Assembly (NCBI GenBank): GCA_044892525.1
Contig: CM097885.1
Span: 14,634,001 to 14,698,000, forward strand
Source: Schmidtea polychroa
Lineage: Eukaryota
Direction: 5' to 3'
Length of the DNA: 64,000 nucleotides
Shown here: one piece after another, positions 1 to 14,883 of the stretch
Position numbering within the stretch: the stretch's first letter is position 1
Layout: the number at the start of each line of letters is the position of its first letter
Made by a program: the position numbers and the translations under genes
The notes under the pieces: model-generated
Seen by the model: only the letters and a program-made list of their open reading frames with translations
The model's database searches: none
What the model was told of the DNA's origin: nothing

Positions 1-600
1 ACAAAATTAGAGAATAAAATTCGAGAGCAAATTTAGAGACAGAATTAGAGACAAGAAGTGACGCGAAATTGAGACAATTTGGAAGACGATTTGAGAGACG
101 ATTTGAGAGATAAAATTATTGGAGAAAATAAGAAAACGTTGGACGAAACGTTGTTGGATAAAAAAAAATAATTGTAAAGAAAATAATTGTGGAGAATAAT
201 TATTGGAGAAGAGTTGAAGAAAAGAATTAATTGAAAAATTAAAACGAAAGAAGTTATTTGATTATTTGAATAAAGCTATGAAAAAAAGTCAAAGAAAACA
301 ACCAACTCAAATCCCAGTTTATAAACCAATCAGTAATTAATCTTTTAATCCGGTGCTACACAAAGTAGATACACAAATACACAAGTGCTATTCCTCAACG
401 GGTGTTGTAATAAGCATTGTACAGTCACCAAGCAGAGTGTTGAATTAATTGCCAGTGTAAAGAGAAAAATTATTTGTGATTATCAATAAGGATTTCTGTT
501 GTCAAGTGTTATTTGTGAATCGTCTAAAGACACGCTTGGAGTAAGAGTAACAAATAAAGTTATAACCAACTCAATTACCCAACAATTATTTCAATTTTCA

Positions 601-923
601 TTTATTGCAATCAATATTTTTATAATTTTATATTTATTGTTTCAAATTAATAAAAATCAAATATAAATTTAAAAGATGATTAATTTAGCAACTGTAAATC
701 ATTGGAATATAGCACACTGATAGAGCTAATTATTATTATTTATTATTAATTATTATAATTATTATAATTATTATTAATATTATTATTTATATTATTATTA
801 TTACAATTTAACATATTTTAATTATTATTATTATCATCTAATTATTATTTATTATTATTTATTAATATTATTATTTATTATAATTATTTTTATTACTATT
901 ATTTATATTATTATTATTTATCA

Positions 924-969
<46 letters not shown>

Positions 970-970
970 T

Positions 971-1039
<69 letters not shown>

Positions 1040-1386
1040 ATTAATATTATTAATATTATTTCTTCTTAACAATTTTTATTTATTGCTATCAATATTTTTA
1101 TAATTTTATATTTATTGTTTTTCAATTTATTATCAATCCGTGTTTTTATTATTTCTATTGTGACATTTTTGTAATTATTATTATTAGTTTCAATTATATT
1201 TTGTGGCTTGTTTACCAGCGAAAAAGAATAGAAATGGCTCACAAATCCTTACTGAGCAAGCAAATTTCTCAATAATTCCAACTAACGTGAAATGCATGCT
1301 TCTAATTAATAGAAATCAAATATAAATTAAAAATGATTAATTTAGCAACTGTAAATCATTGGAATATAGCACACTGATAGAGCTAC
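601..1386. repeat. Local direct duplication flanking a (TTA)n tract
   Basis: 601-728 recurs in two pieces at ~1079-1120 and ~1306-1386 (gatgattaatttagcaactgtaaatcattggaatatagcacactgatagagcta). A (TTA)n tract lies at ~730-1060. Confidence 0.8.
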
Positions 1387-1921
1387 CAATTTGTCCAATG
1401 AAATTAAATGGCCTTGTAAACAACTAATGAAAACCTAGTTCGCAATAATGACAGGCGAATTAGCGTTTAGATTGACCACCAATCTTGCTGTGGTCTTGTG
1501 GAACTGATTAAACATTCATGTCGAATATAAATGCAAAATGAATATTAACTATTAAGAATTCAGATAATAATTTATAACATGTATATTTAATAAATATAAT
1601 TAATTCACAAACTGAGCTATTTAATTTTTATCAAATAAATTATTTCCAATTTAAACAAAATTGAATAATATTAGTTTTTAAATTTAAATAATTAAAAAGA
1701 ACTCACTAATTGAATGGCTAACATCAATACTGTTTTTAACGAGAATTGCCTATTGCAATGATCAAACAAATCCTCCAAAGACGTACCCGGTAATTCTAAA
1801 ACTAAGGCATTGTATCGACCGCATGGTCCAAAGTAAGACGTTTGGAAAACCGTTTATCGGAGAACCTAAAATTTGTTAAAAATATTAATCACAACCATAA
1901 TATAATAAATGAAATAGTAAC

Positions 1922-2824
1922 TGTTAGAATTGAGCATTCTATAAAATCTGTATTCTAAATAAGTCACTCAACCATGGTAACCAGGTAAAGGTCACGTGAC
2001 TCGTCGATGGCTGATCAAGGTCATTCTATTTTGGTAACTAGGTCAAAGTCATCCTGTTTTAGTAACAAGGTATGTGACGTCATAGATGACTCATCAAGGT
2101 CATTCTATATTTAGTAACAAGGTCACATGATTCATCATTTTGTAACAAAGGTAATGGTTCATCAAGGTAATTCTATTTTTAGTAACAATATCACATGAGT
2201 CTGAGTCATCGTTTTGGAACAAAGCCAATGACTCATTATTTTTAAACAAAGACATTTAAACAAATATTTAAACAAAGACATTTAAATATTATTTCAAAAT
2301 ATTATGTAATTATTACATAATAATTTCATAAAATACATTACCATTTCTGATATAGGTGTCAGAATTTTCTTCATAAAAACATATTCATATTCTTCATAAA
2401 AAATTCATAAATTTGTTTCATAAATTGATTTCATAATTCCTAAAAACATAATAATTAAAAACATAATAATTAAAATTTACTTAGCTATCCAACAGCATTT
2501 TGAATAAATGAAAAAGCATAGAGTATATGCAACGACTATCCAATCAGAATACAGATAGGATAGAAAAAATAAACGCACACATACTCTATGCTTTGATCTA
2601 AAATGACGAGTCATCGATTACTCACATGTCTTTGTTACTCACATTCTCTTTGTTAAATTACACGTGACATGTATTTATAATGTGAATAATAATTAAAATA
2701 ATAATAGTAAAATAATAATAATAATATAAAATGATGATTGACAAGGACTATCTTATATTCGAAAATTCTTTCATTAAATACATTATTTGCAGCAAAACGC
2801 TTAAATTATCATTTTATTGTTTTA

Positions 2825-2918
<94 letters not shown>

Positions 2919-3050
2919 TAAATAATAATTATAATAATTATAATAATAAAATTAATTAATAAAATATATATCAAATAATTTAAAGGAAAATCAACACATC
3001 TATAAAACAATAAAATGATGGGTCAATAACTTTCAAAGGGTCACATTCCT
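1922..3050 (+). mobile_element. Left-oriented terminal repeat region of the Polinton-like family
   Basis: Starts TGTTAG. Carries imperfect tandem units with TGACTCA/CACGTG and 'aacaaagccaatgactcat', which are the reverse complement of the arrays at 30460-30580 and 48560-48700. Confidence 0.5.
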
Positions 3051-3053
3051 TCG

Positions 3054-3785
<732 letters not shown>

Positions 3786-4299
3786 ATTCAAAAGCTAATA
3801 CACAGGTGAGTATGATGGCCACACCTTCAAAGGTCATACCCTCGAAGGGTTCAAGGTCCAAATAATTTTAAACCTTATAATATACATATCAAACAAAGGT
3901 AATAATAATGGAATTTTATCAAATACATGTAAATTTCTTTAAATTTTAAAAAAATATATGTTTTCTGTGTGTGTTGTATTAAGTAGAGAATTATTATGTG
4001 TGTAAAAATATGAAATTTTATTAAATTTCTTTAAAATTTATAAAAATCTATGTGTGTGTGCTATGGGGTAGAGAATTATTGTGTGTGTGTGTGTAAATAT
4101 ATGAAATTTTATCAAATACATATAACTTTCTTTAAAAAATCTATGTGTGTGTTATGGGGTAGAGAATTATTATGTGTGTGTGTGTAAAAATATGAAATTT
4201 TATAAAATTTCTTTAAAATTTGTGAAAAATTTATTTTTTGTGTGCATTGCATTTGTATTGGACATGCCTTGTTTAACGCGGGTATATATGCTTAATATG

Positions 4300-4605
<306 letters not shown>

Positions 4606-5987
4606 ATGTCTAGTTATGTGCAGTATTTGGCTTGCTACCTTGGCTTTCCGTGTGAATCACCTCCACTATCCTTTGGTGTTTTCTCCCATTTCTCCATTTA
4701 TTGTGTTAAAAGCTATAACAATCAATTATTCTATCATCAAATAAATTACTAAGACTAAATAAATTCAAAATAATATTTCATTGCATTTTTAAAACAGCTT
4801 TTATAAACAAATATTCTTGGGACATTTTCTTTATATAAATTTTAATTTCAACCAATATCAACATACCGTAAACATACAACATTCATACTTGAATTGCAAT
4901 TTTATTAAAAATTATTTTATTTCAAAATTAACATTAAAATATTCATTTTTATTTTAAACCATTTTAATTCTAATATATTTCAAAAAATTTAAATTTCACT
5001 TTTAATTTTACAAAATTTAATCATGAAATAATTTTAATTTAACATTTTCCTTCTTAGTTTTACTTTTTCTGATTTTTAATTTTATGAAACGTTTACCACA
5101 CATCATAATAACAAATCATACAAAGATAAAAATTAAAAATTAAAAATTAAAAAAAAATCGCGCTTTTAACCAATCAGGATCGAGTAGGTGTGCTAATTTC
5201 TTAAAGTTTTTAATTCTATTTTAAATATTAATTCTCGTTATTTGATTGGTTCTTTTTTCATATGCGTATAAATTTTTTGATTTCTTTTTTAAGGTTTTCA
5301 TTTTATTTTCTCGATCTTGATTGCTTGTAACTCTTGTTCCCCCTTTATTACTGATCTTGGTTTTCTATTTTTCCAATTTGTGTATTATTTGTTACTTCTT
5401 ACTTTTACTGTTTTTTATTAATTTGGTTTTTAGTGACTTTACTCTTATCTTGTTTATTTTGTTTCAATTAATTTTTTATATTATTTTTGTTAACTTTTTG
5501 TTTTATGCTTGCTATGTAAGTTTCCTAGTTGACACTTCATTGTAAGATTAAAACAAAATAAATTGAAAATTCATTCTAGATGAATGTTTCAAAATATTTT
5601 CTCTATGACGCATAAATTTTTCCGCTAAATAGCAATTTCAATTTAATCAAATTTAACTTTTTGGGTAGTCATATTATTAAAAAGTATGACTGAATTTTGT
5701 TAAATTTTAGTCATAAATTTTTATTACAAAATTGAATCAATTGTAAGCCGAAAGTTTTTGTTAGTTTTTATATTTCAAAATCAGACGTGGCTTACTTCCT
5801 ATACTTTACATACTCTCAAAAATTATGAATTTATTAATAATTTTGTCAAATTATTTATATTTAAATTAAAAATCCTTTTTATTCAACTAGCTGGTTGATG
5901 AATAAATTATTTATAAAACAAATATTCTTTTAATGAAATTTCATTTGTTTAAATATTGGTTTTAGTTTAAAATATTCAACATTAGAA

Positions 5988-6843
5988 ATGCTTGAAATTA
6001 GATATTTATTGTTCAATATTTTTGACAAACTAGCTGTTCAAAAGCTTTTTGATTACGCTCCTGAGTTTATTGAAACTTTAAATAAAAATCGTTCTGTGTT
6101 TTTGAACATATTAGATCATGATGTGAATTAATAATTTATTACATATTTATTTATCTAAACTATATAGGCTTCAAGTGTAAATGATCGAAATTTAGTATTA
6201 AATTCTTATAGAGATCCAATTCAAATTCCAGGTTTCCAACAAAAAATAACACTATCTCAAGATTTCATCCAGGAAACAATAATTATAAGCGATTTATTTA
6301 AGTTAAATGAAATAACATCTGTTGAATTATTACTATTCGGTTAAATTATATATTTTAGTGTACTCTTTATTTACTCTAGTTGTACTTCTTAGGTGAAAGT
6401 GAGGGAACATCAAATCCTGACATGACTCGCGGATTATTGGCAGTAATTCAATATTTTAATTCACAAAAAACAATAGTAGAAGCTCTGCGAAATCTACTAA
6501 AATTATTTTTAACAATCACAACAGACAATGCAAAAGCAGTGGAAATTGTAAACTTCACTCAAGCCTTTTGCGATAGTTTATTTCAACATGGCCTATTTCC
6601 GAAATTGATTGGTTTATTAAAAAATCTGGACATAAATAAAGAAATCGAATTACTGGAATCTCAACGAGCTCTAGGAACAGCTAGGCACAGGCGTCGGTTT
6701 TTTTAATTTTTCAAAGCATTATAGAAACACTGGCTGAATGTATTTTGTTACGAAGCTTCAAATGTCCACTTAATACGGCTGATACAAAATTATTAATCGA
6801 ATTTATGCGGGAATTTTATAAGGAAAGCAACAAAGAAATCAAG
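5988..6843 (+). CDS. NUP205: Nucleoporin Nup205 N-terminal exons (partial; 1-nt frameshift near 6700)
   Basis: Spliced exons 5988-6122, 6168-6339 and 6393-6843 (GT-AG introns of 45 and 53 nt). They give ISDLFKLNEITSVELLLFGE, TRGLLAVIQY, LDINKEIELLESQRALGTARHR and LAECIL...PLNTADTKLLI, matching recalled Nup205 motifs (LSDLFDIGELAAVELLLAGE, TRGLVAVLLY, GLGSEKHR). A splice donor follows at 6844; no downstream exons were recognised. Confidence 0.85.
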
Positions 6844-7474
6844 GTAATTGTTTTGCTTAATATTTGAATAGTTTAGTGAATTATTAATGTAGATAATTAA
6901 TTATGAACATTTGTTAGGGCAATTATTATATAATTATATATTTCATCAGTAGCGGTGGCTGTAGCATGCGGGTGGAGCGCGTGGGGTGAGGGTAACACGG
7001 GCTGTCCTATTTATTATCCTACATATTAATACGTATTTAATAAATGAAACGCTTCAATCAATGGGAATAACATTGTCAAATGGAACGCCATGCGAATTAT
7101 TCGGGGGGTAATTATCGATATATTGCTGTAATCATACAGAAACATTCATTATAAATTCAACCAATCAGCGATAGCAAATCAAAAAACCAGTAAATTTATT
7201 GGATATAATCACTGCTTGTCATTAACCGCCTCTATAACTATTGCGCTTAGCTTTGGGCTTCGTTGTGACCCGATCCGTGAGTCGGTGACAATTCCGTGGG
7301 CATGGCAACGGCCTGATATAGCGCTAGTGATCATACACGATAATGCATGCATACATATCTGGAATATATCTAATATGGGTCATTTTGGCATCTCAATCAA
7401 TGCCATCGGTGCCAATAATTACCACAGGATTCCAATCGATTGCATTTTATATAACAATCACTACCAGTTTCCCC

Positions 7475-8141
7475 ATTGTTCATTTCCCAGCGGAAATTCC
7501 CCTCCAAGCTATATAAAATGCGTTTGATCTATCATTGACTGCATTTTCACTATTTTATTGATATTTACAAATATACCCGCTAACGGATATCAATTAATAG
7601 GGTTATAGTGGTATTCCTACTGATTAACCGCCCTAGTTCCCGATACCGCTTATTTCTACCCTCCTAGCTATATAGCAATTGATTTACATTCAATTTCACA
7701 TTTGATGATTGATTTGTTATCTTATTAATATTGATTGATAACATTATTTTATATTCATTGATATTTGAGTAATTGTGATCAATAATGTGATTTCTCTAAC
7801 GCATATCGAGATCAGCTTCCCGATTGTTTATTTCCCAGCGGAAATTCCCCTCCAAGCTATATAAAATGCGTTTGGTCTATCGTTTACTGCTTTTTCACTA
7901 TTTTATCGATATTTACAAATATACCCGCTAACGGATATCAATTAATAGGGTTATAGTGGTATTCCTACTGATTAACCGCCCTAGTTCCCGATATTGCTTA
8001 TTTCTACCCTCCCAGCTATATAGCAATTGATTTACATTCAATTTCACATTTGATGATTGATTTGTTATCTTATTAATAATGATTGATAACATTATTTTAT
8101 ATTCATTGATATTTGAGTAATTGTGATCAATAATGTGATTT
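7475..8141. repeat. ~345-bp tandem duplication with TATA box, LTR-like
   Basis: Two near-identical units (~7475-7792 and ~7823-8141), each containing ctatataaaa. A hAT-like end (CAGTAGCGG) lies upstream at ~6947. Confidence 0.75.
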
Positions 8142-10179
8142 ACTCAATAAATCGGCACGTATTATTGAATAAATGTTAGAGAATTCTCAGAATTTTGTAT
8201 TGAAATTCTCAGGTTCCATAGAGACTATAGACAGAAAAACATGATTTTTTTCTATCGGCCCTTTTTTGTATTGAAAATCCGTAACCGTTGAGTAAAATAC
8301 AAGAAAATTGTAATAACTTATACACGCAGCCCACATATTTTCTGTAACCCTGAAAGATTTTACACATGTCTACACGAAATAATAGTATCTGTAATAGGGA
8401 AATAACAATAGCATGTATTGTATAAAGTATACGGAATAAAAAATTGTTCATTTATTAAAGATTGTTGAATTTATTCTTCTTTCTTCACGATGGGCTCCCG
8501 AGGACGATATTGCTTGGACACCCGTGCATGACTAGTTATCGCCAGATAGACGAAAGAAGTTGTTATAATTTTCGAACGTGGTATATGGATCACAGGAGGA
8601 AGTACAATTATCCATGTCAATTCCAGCAGGCCCTTTATTGAGAGTATTAATTTTGTGAACAATGGAAGGAATGGCAAATATTTTGGTAGACTCATTTGAG
8701 AATGTTCATGCACGGACCAAGGAATATGGTCATCGGTGAGGTTTTGTTATTATTTTCATTTTCAAAATTGATATTTTATTATTATGATTGTTAAAGATTT
8801 ATGTAAGGGTTGAGTGTACTATGCAGGGTGGGATGATATATGACTAAAGGGAGTATTTAAATGCCATATTCGAAGTGCAAGCAGGAGGATGACTAGGAGA
8901 AATGAATTCTCTGAGAGAGTAGATCACAACGTTTTCGAATTCTTCGTATATATTCAGACAAATTGACTTTCGTAGCGCTTTCGTCACTTTGGCCAAGCAT
9001 CTGATAAATGAATTCCTGAACACCCTTCGTATGTTTGACACAATTAACACCATCATAATCATTTCATGGGGTAATTACATAGAAAGTATCGAGAGTTGAT
9101 TCCCATTTAGTATAACTGACAAATACAGCATGAATATAACACAAGATGTTTTTCAAGATTGCCGTAGCATTAATCCATGAGACCTCGAACTGATAAGACA
9201 CAATTAACAATCAATTGACATTCGACATGTAAACATAAATCCGTAATTTGGCCGAGGAATCATCTATATTGTTTATAACGTGGAAACTTCATTCAATCTT
9301 AATACACTAAGTCTGCTACATTTCCCATTTAAATCATAATATTTATATAACATTACCGAATCTGATAAGTTTCGATGAGGATAGACCGGTTAAGTGAATG
9401 GCGAAGTGAACATGGGAGTAACCAGAAGAGGGGAATGGTTTAAATTACAAACCGTAGTAAAAGAAATATGTGAAGAAGAGACCCAAATTGGTGTGCATTC
9501 GGCTCTACGGACGTATAAGGCATTCGCAAGGTATATCAGAGAGTGGAAAATCAATGGATTGATGATATACCTGTTGAGGTCTCTATATTCGAAAACACTC
9601 AACTTGTCTGGTTCTTATGTATGTATGTATGTATGTATATATATGTAAGTATATATATATATGAAAAACTGTATATGAATATATTTTTACAAAAATTTAC
9701 CTCAAGAATAAAATTTCAAAATGACAATTATTTCTTTATATCAATACAAAATATCCAAATTGGTTTAAATTGTGTGTAGTGTTATCTGTTGTGTACTCGT
9801 GCTTATGTTTATAATTACTGCTTGAAAGAACGTGTGAGACGTTTTTGTGCTGTCTCGGGTTTTAAATGTTTCGCAGATATTCCCTTTGAAACGGTTAACG
9901 CGCTAATTTTTGGCAATTTGTACTGAAAATGGTTGGGTATTTATACTATTTCATATGTCAATAAAATAAAATATTTTAATTTCCGGCATATATGCACGGA
10001 ATATTATTTAATATATTTTTAATAGTTTTTAACATCTGTTTATTAATTTATTTCTTAGCTACAGATTTATTATAGTTTTATAATATTATAATTTCTTTTT
10101 GATCGACAGCTGTTTATTTTTTCTTTAATAAAATAATTACAGACTATTAGATTGCTGATTATTAATATTATTAATATTA

Positions 10180-11982
10180 GAATAATGCCCACATAGAAAA
10201 ATGCCCACACGAAAAATTATTTTAAATATAAAAATTAAATTAAAATAAAATAAATAGAGAAAAAATCAAAAATTATATTCTATCTAGGAGATAATCTATT
10301 AGTGATTTAAAATAAAATATTAAAATGTATCAACAATAAATTTACAAATTTTACAATATATATTTACCTCTAATATGTAATATTTAAATTCTCTTTTGTT
10401 AATATAATACTTTTAATACCATAATTTTCAAACGATATTTTTTTAAATATTTTTATAGGTCTGAAAATGGAATATTCTAGTACGCAGAGAGGCAATCGAG
10501 TTTTAATTTACTCTGGGTTTGAGTACATCTATTTCCGTACAACAAATGGAGTTTTGACTTGGAGATGCAGGCAACATCGCATTATAAACTGTCATTCCAT
10601 CATAAAAACTAAAGATGGCAATATTGTAAATCAACCAACGCAACATTGCCATGAATCATGCCCACAAAAAATAGAATGTAATTTAGCAAAGAAAAAAATG
10701 CAGGATGCGATGACATCAATTGGTGCTACTCCTAGAAATGTAATGGGGAGTATTTTATTAGAAGTGAGCAGTGAAGCACTAGCGTTTATGCCGAAAAAAA
10801 CTTCAATATCACGAAATCTACTGAATTTTAGAAGAGATGGACATTTACCAGTACCTAAAGATACAAATTTTGAAATTCCAGATAAATACACCGAGCTAGT
10901 ACTTCATGATTCAGGTGCAAGTGATCCAGACAGAATTCTGGTTTTAGGAGATATTTATCTCTTAAAAGAATTAAATAAAAATACAATATTCGGAGATGGA
11001 ACTTTTGATAAAGTTCCAAGCATGTTTTATCAACTTTATACTTGGCATGCTCAGGTTGGTAATTCTTATCCACCTTGTATTTATTTTTTGTTAAAAAAAA
11101 ACGGAGATACATACAAAATAATGTTTGAAATATTAAAGAACTTGCTACCAAATTTGGCACCTGAAAGAGTATTACTAGATTTTGAGAAAGCAGCGATGAA
11201 TGCAGCCAGAATTGCATTTCCACAGACTGATATGAGAGGCTGTTATTTTCATTTGGCCCAAAGTATAACAAGAAAAATTAGTTCTGTTGGTCTAAAAACT
11301 ACTTTTGAAAACAACCTGGATATGAAACTAAAGCTGAAATCATTAGCAGCATTGTCATTTGTGCCTCCATCTGATGTTAGATCAGTATTTACTAAGCTTG
11401 CAGCAACTTATCCGGAAGAAGAGAATTATAGTGAAATGCTGACATATTTTTTTGGAACATATATTGAAGGTGCAGCTGGTAGAAATCCGCTGTTCTCTAT
11501 TGAATTGTGGAATCATTATTATTCAGCTTTGGAGAAATCACCGAAAACAACGAATTGCTGTGAGGGATTTCATAATGCATTGAATTCTTTATTCCACTGT
11601 AGTCATCCCAGCATTTGGTTTCTATTTGATGGATTGCGGCGAGATATAGCTTGCCATAGATTGACACTAGCTAACGCAGAAACGGGTCGTCCTGAAATTA
11701 AAAATAGGAAATACCAAAAATTAGCTGATTCGGTATCTACTATTGTGCAACAATATAGTACAACAGAAGATAAAATTGTATACTTAAGAAAGTTGGCTAA
11801 TTTACAATAAATTTAAAATTTAAATTTTACAATAAATTTATTAAGTATTTGTATTTCTCTATTTATTTTAATTTTTATATTTAAAATAATTTTTCGTGTG
11901 GGCATTTTTCTATGTGGGCATTTTTCCTTGTGGGCATTATTCTGTGTGGGCATTAATCGTGTGGGCAATAATCCGATCACGC
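10180..11982 (+). mobile_element. Mutator-like (MULE) DNA transposon
   Basis: Long TIRs built from gtgggcatt / aatgcccac units at ~10180-10260 and ~11855-11982. The outer part of the left TIR is missing. Confidence 0.9.
10467..11810 (+). CDS. FLYWCH-MULE transposase, 447 aa
   Basis: FLYWCH-like N-terminus (WRCR..C...H.H), plus DGTF, FYQLYT.H, DFE.AAMNA, GCYFHLAQ and TTNCCEGFH motifs. Confidence 0.93.
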   Translation: MEYSSTQRGNRVLIYSGFEYIYFRTTNGVLTWRCRQHRIINCHSIIKTKDGNIVNQPTQHCHESCPQKIECNLAKKKMQDAMTSIGATPRNVMGSILLEVSSEALAFMPKKTSISRNLLNFRRDGHLPVPKDTNFEIPDKYTELVLHDSGASDPDRILVLGDIYLLKELNKNTIFGDGTFDKVPSMFYQLYTWHAQVGNSYPPCIYFLLKKNGDTYKIMFEILKNLLPNLAPERVLLDFEKAAMNAARIAFPQTDMRGCYFHLAQSITRKISSVGLKTTFENNLDMKLKLKSLAALSFVPPSDVRSVFTKLAATYPEEENYSEMLTYFFGTYIEGAAGRNPLFSIELWNHYYSALEKSPKTTNCCEGFHNALNSLFHCSHPSIWFLFDGLRRDIACHRLTLANAETGRPEIKNRKYQKLADSVSTIVQQYSTTEDKIVYLRKLANLQ

Positions 11983-12479
11983 TCGCAATTATGACTCTAC
12001 CTCGATGTATTCAATGTGCTGGATGGACGTTATGTCGAATTGTTGTTTTTTCAAAATAAATATCAGTTAACGATAGTTTGTGAATTTATCTTTGATATTA
12101 TTCAATTTATCGAAATTTTTGGATAACCTATGCCTTTGGAAAATTCATCAAGATTGAGTGTAAGTGGAAGATGTAGATACAAGACGGTAGTACGGCATTC
12201 CAGAACGAGAATTTCGACAAGTTAATTTATTAGAGCAATGTTTTCGGTGACGTATCTCATAAGATGACACAAAAAAAATTTTCTGATGAGTTCGAGAAAC
12301 CATGGTATAGATTTTCAAGTAACATAACTGCTCCAAATCTAGCAAAACGAACCTATAATTCAGCAATGCGACACCCTCAATCATTGTATGAACCACCTCA
12401 AGCTTCTTACATCATTTATGCATTACTTCTTTAACACTAAATAGCTGCTATTTTTCTAGAAGATTTTCTTATATGATTT

Positions 12480-13441
12480 AGTCGCACTTTCAGCGACGGA
12501 CCCGTGAGGAAGCCCCCACATTTCGGCCCGATTCAGGTGCGTGATTGAAACATCCGCACCCACCGGCTGAGCACCCGAAGGCTCCTCGCACCATGGTACG
12601 AAATGTCTCAACTCCACGTCCTCGGAAACTTGAAAATTCATAAAGCATTAATATCAAACATAAGTAATAAAAATCCTGAAAATTAATATGTTTATTGCCA
12701 ATCGACATATTTATACATTATCATTAATAAAATTAGGATCAAATGAAGAGAGTAGCTTAAAGTTTTAATCGATTAATAAATAACCATAAATATTACTAAA
12801 TTAAAGGTAAAAACTAAAACATCATCTTACTCTTACTACTGATTCGTGGCCTGAGTCGAAAGTAAATGATTCGTTCGAATTAGTTGGTTCGATTCTTAAT
12901 TTCCTTGGATTGTCGATTGGTCACTGTCGCTAGTTCTTAGATAGTTCGTGCAATTCGTGGTTACCTATATAATGTTGAAATGAGTGGTAATTTTTTGTGA
13001 AATGTCACTTACCTATATAATGTTGAAATGAGTGATAATTTTTGTGGTGTTAATGCCGGTTTATATAGTAATTTTTATTTCTGCGGACCAATCAGAATTG
13101 AGTACCGCTTATTTTTCTATTTTAATTTACTTTTTCCTGTTTTTTGGTTATTTTCCTTGATTTTCTTTATTTTTATTATATTTTTTATTTGTTTTATTAA
13201 CTTCCTAATTATTTATCGCCTTTTTCGTGATTTTATGCGTCATTTTACTTTCTTATTTAAGTTTCTTAATTTTATTTTTTGTTTTAATTCTTATTTTCTT
13301 AGTTGATTGTTTCTTTTGTAATTGTTTATAGTTTATTTTTGAGTTCGTTTGTTTTTATTTGTATTTTATTTAGCTTCTTGCTTATCTTCGCTTCCTACTT
13401 GTTTTCCGAATTCCTTAACTACTTTTCGACTCAGCCCAACA
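12480..13441 (-). mobile_element. Remnant of an element starting TGTTGGGCTGA (A-rich stretch, CCAAT box, TATA, GC-rich block)
   Basis: The terminus and the GC-rich block at 12480-12630 are shared with the element at 32255-34490. Confidence 0.5.
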
Positions 13442-14883
13442 GGTTATATAAATTTAATAGTCTAATAATAGTTTCAAATCTAATAAAAAATATTTAACAA
13501 TAAAAAATAACAAATTGAACAAACAACTGCTCGATTGAGTGTTTAAAAATCCATGAGCCTTTATTGGATCTTAATCCTAATATTTCATTCAATACATCAA
13601 CAGTTGACTCAAATAGTTCAAAGAATGTGTTGTGTACTATGTTGAGATCTCACTATTTGAGATTCTCAACTTACTGGTTCTTATATCAAAATATATATAA
13701 CTTATCAGATAATAACAAAGTCGGGTTATAAATGTTTATTATAAATAAAAGAAAATATTCTCCTAAAATTCCAAAAATGGTTTACCAAATAGTGCGTGTG
13801 TATATTTTGTGTTATTTGACAGTGGGTGCTTATTGTGATTTTCATGCACAAATTATGTGATGTAATTCGACAACAATTCTTGTCAATTTTGTATTGTCAT
13901 GCTTTAAACAACGAAGGATTTCCTTCCAAAGTTTACTGGTCAAGATACGACTTAATGTTAAGGACGATTGCACTAATTTTGTGAGCGCTATTTATATAAA
14001 ATTTTGGGCTACTATTTGTATTGTTTATTTATTTTTTGGTCATTAAATAAATATATTTTATTTTCTACCAATAAAAAGGTCTAATTGCTTTTTAAATTCT
14101 CCCATTATTTGTTTAATAGAAATTTGTTTATTTAAAAATCCATTTGTTTGTTTTCTTGATTTTATTTAATTGTTTTTTTAAATGTTATTGATTAGTTCCC
14201 GTCCCTAAATTATGTAATTAAGATTTTATGTGTACGAAATAAAATGATAAGTCGTAAAAATAAAAGATGAACTATTTAAGATGAATTATTTACACCATAA
14301 ATCCATAAAATAAATAAAAAATAATTAAGTCGCATATTTGATCACAAATTGTCTAAAATTTAATTGTCACATTACCACTATATGAATGGAATAATACATT
14401 TTCGTCACAGGCAATTAATATTGAATTGTTCTGATTTAATTAAATCACAAAAAATAATTAAGTCACTTAGATTGTCCAAAGATAATATATAAATCACAAA
14501 TTGTCTAATTTGAATGTTCGATTGAATTGAGAGTTGTAATATTCCAGAATTAAACTGTCAATATGGATTAAGTCTGATTTGAATTAACGAGTTTATCCGA
14601 ATTGTTTGATCAATTTGTTTCGTTGGATCTACTGATTGGCTTTTTCGCTATACACATTCACCCTGAACTTGTTTGGCCCAGTCATATAGTCACTTGTTAG
14701 GACAAATGTGTTCATGGGCCTGTCCCTGTCATCTAACAGCTATATGACATTCAATCCAGTGCGTTTCACAAGTAGTTATCAGTTTTCTTTTGGTAGTAGT
14801 TGTTGCTGATTTTTGGAAAGATTTCAGAAATTCCACTTTCTTTTTTGGACAATTCAGGAAATTTTAAATGCTTTTAATAGTAC

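Noticed and set aside
1..360. Possible LTR 3' end (AATAAA ... tgctaca)
   Set aside because: Truncated by the window edge, with no PBS, partner LTR or TSD to confirm.
12275..12316. Hammerhead-like CTGATGA...GAAAC..GTA
   Set aside because: Stem II cannot form (GTTCGA) and stem I starts with a mismatch; likely chance.
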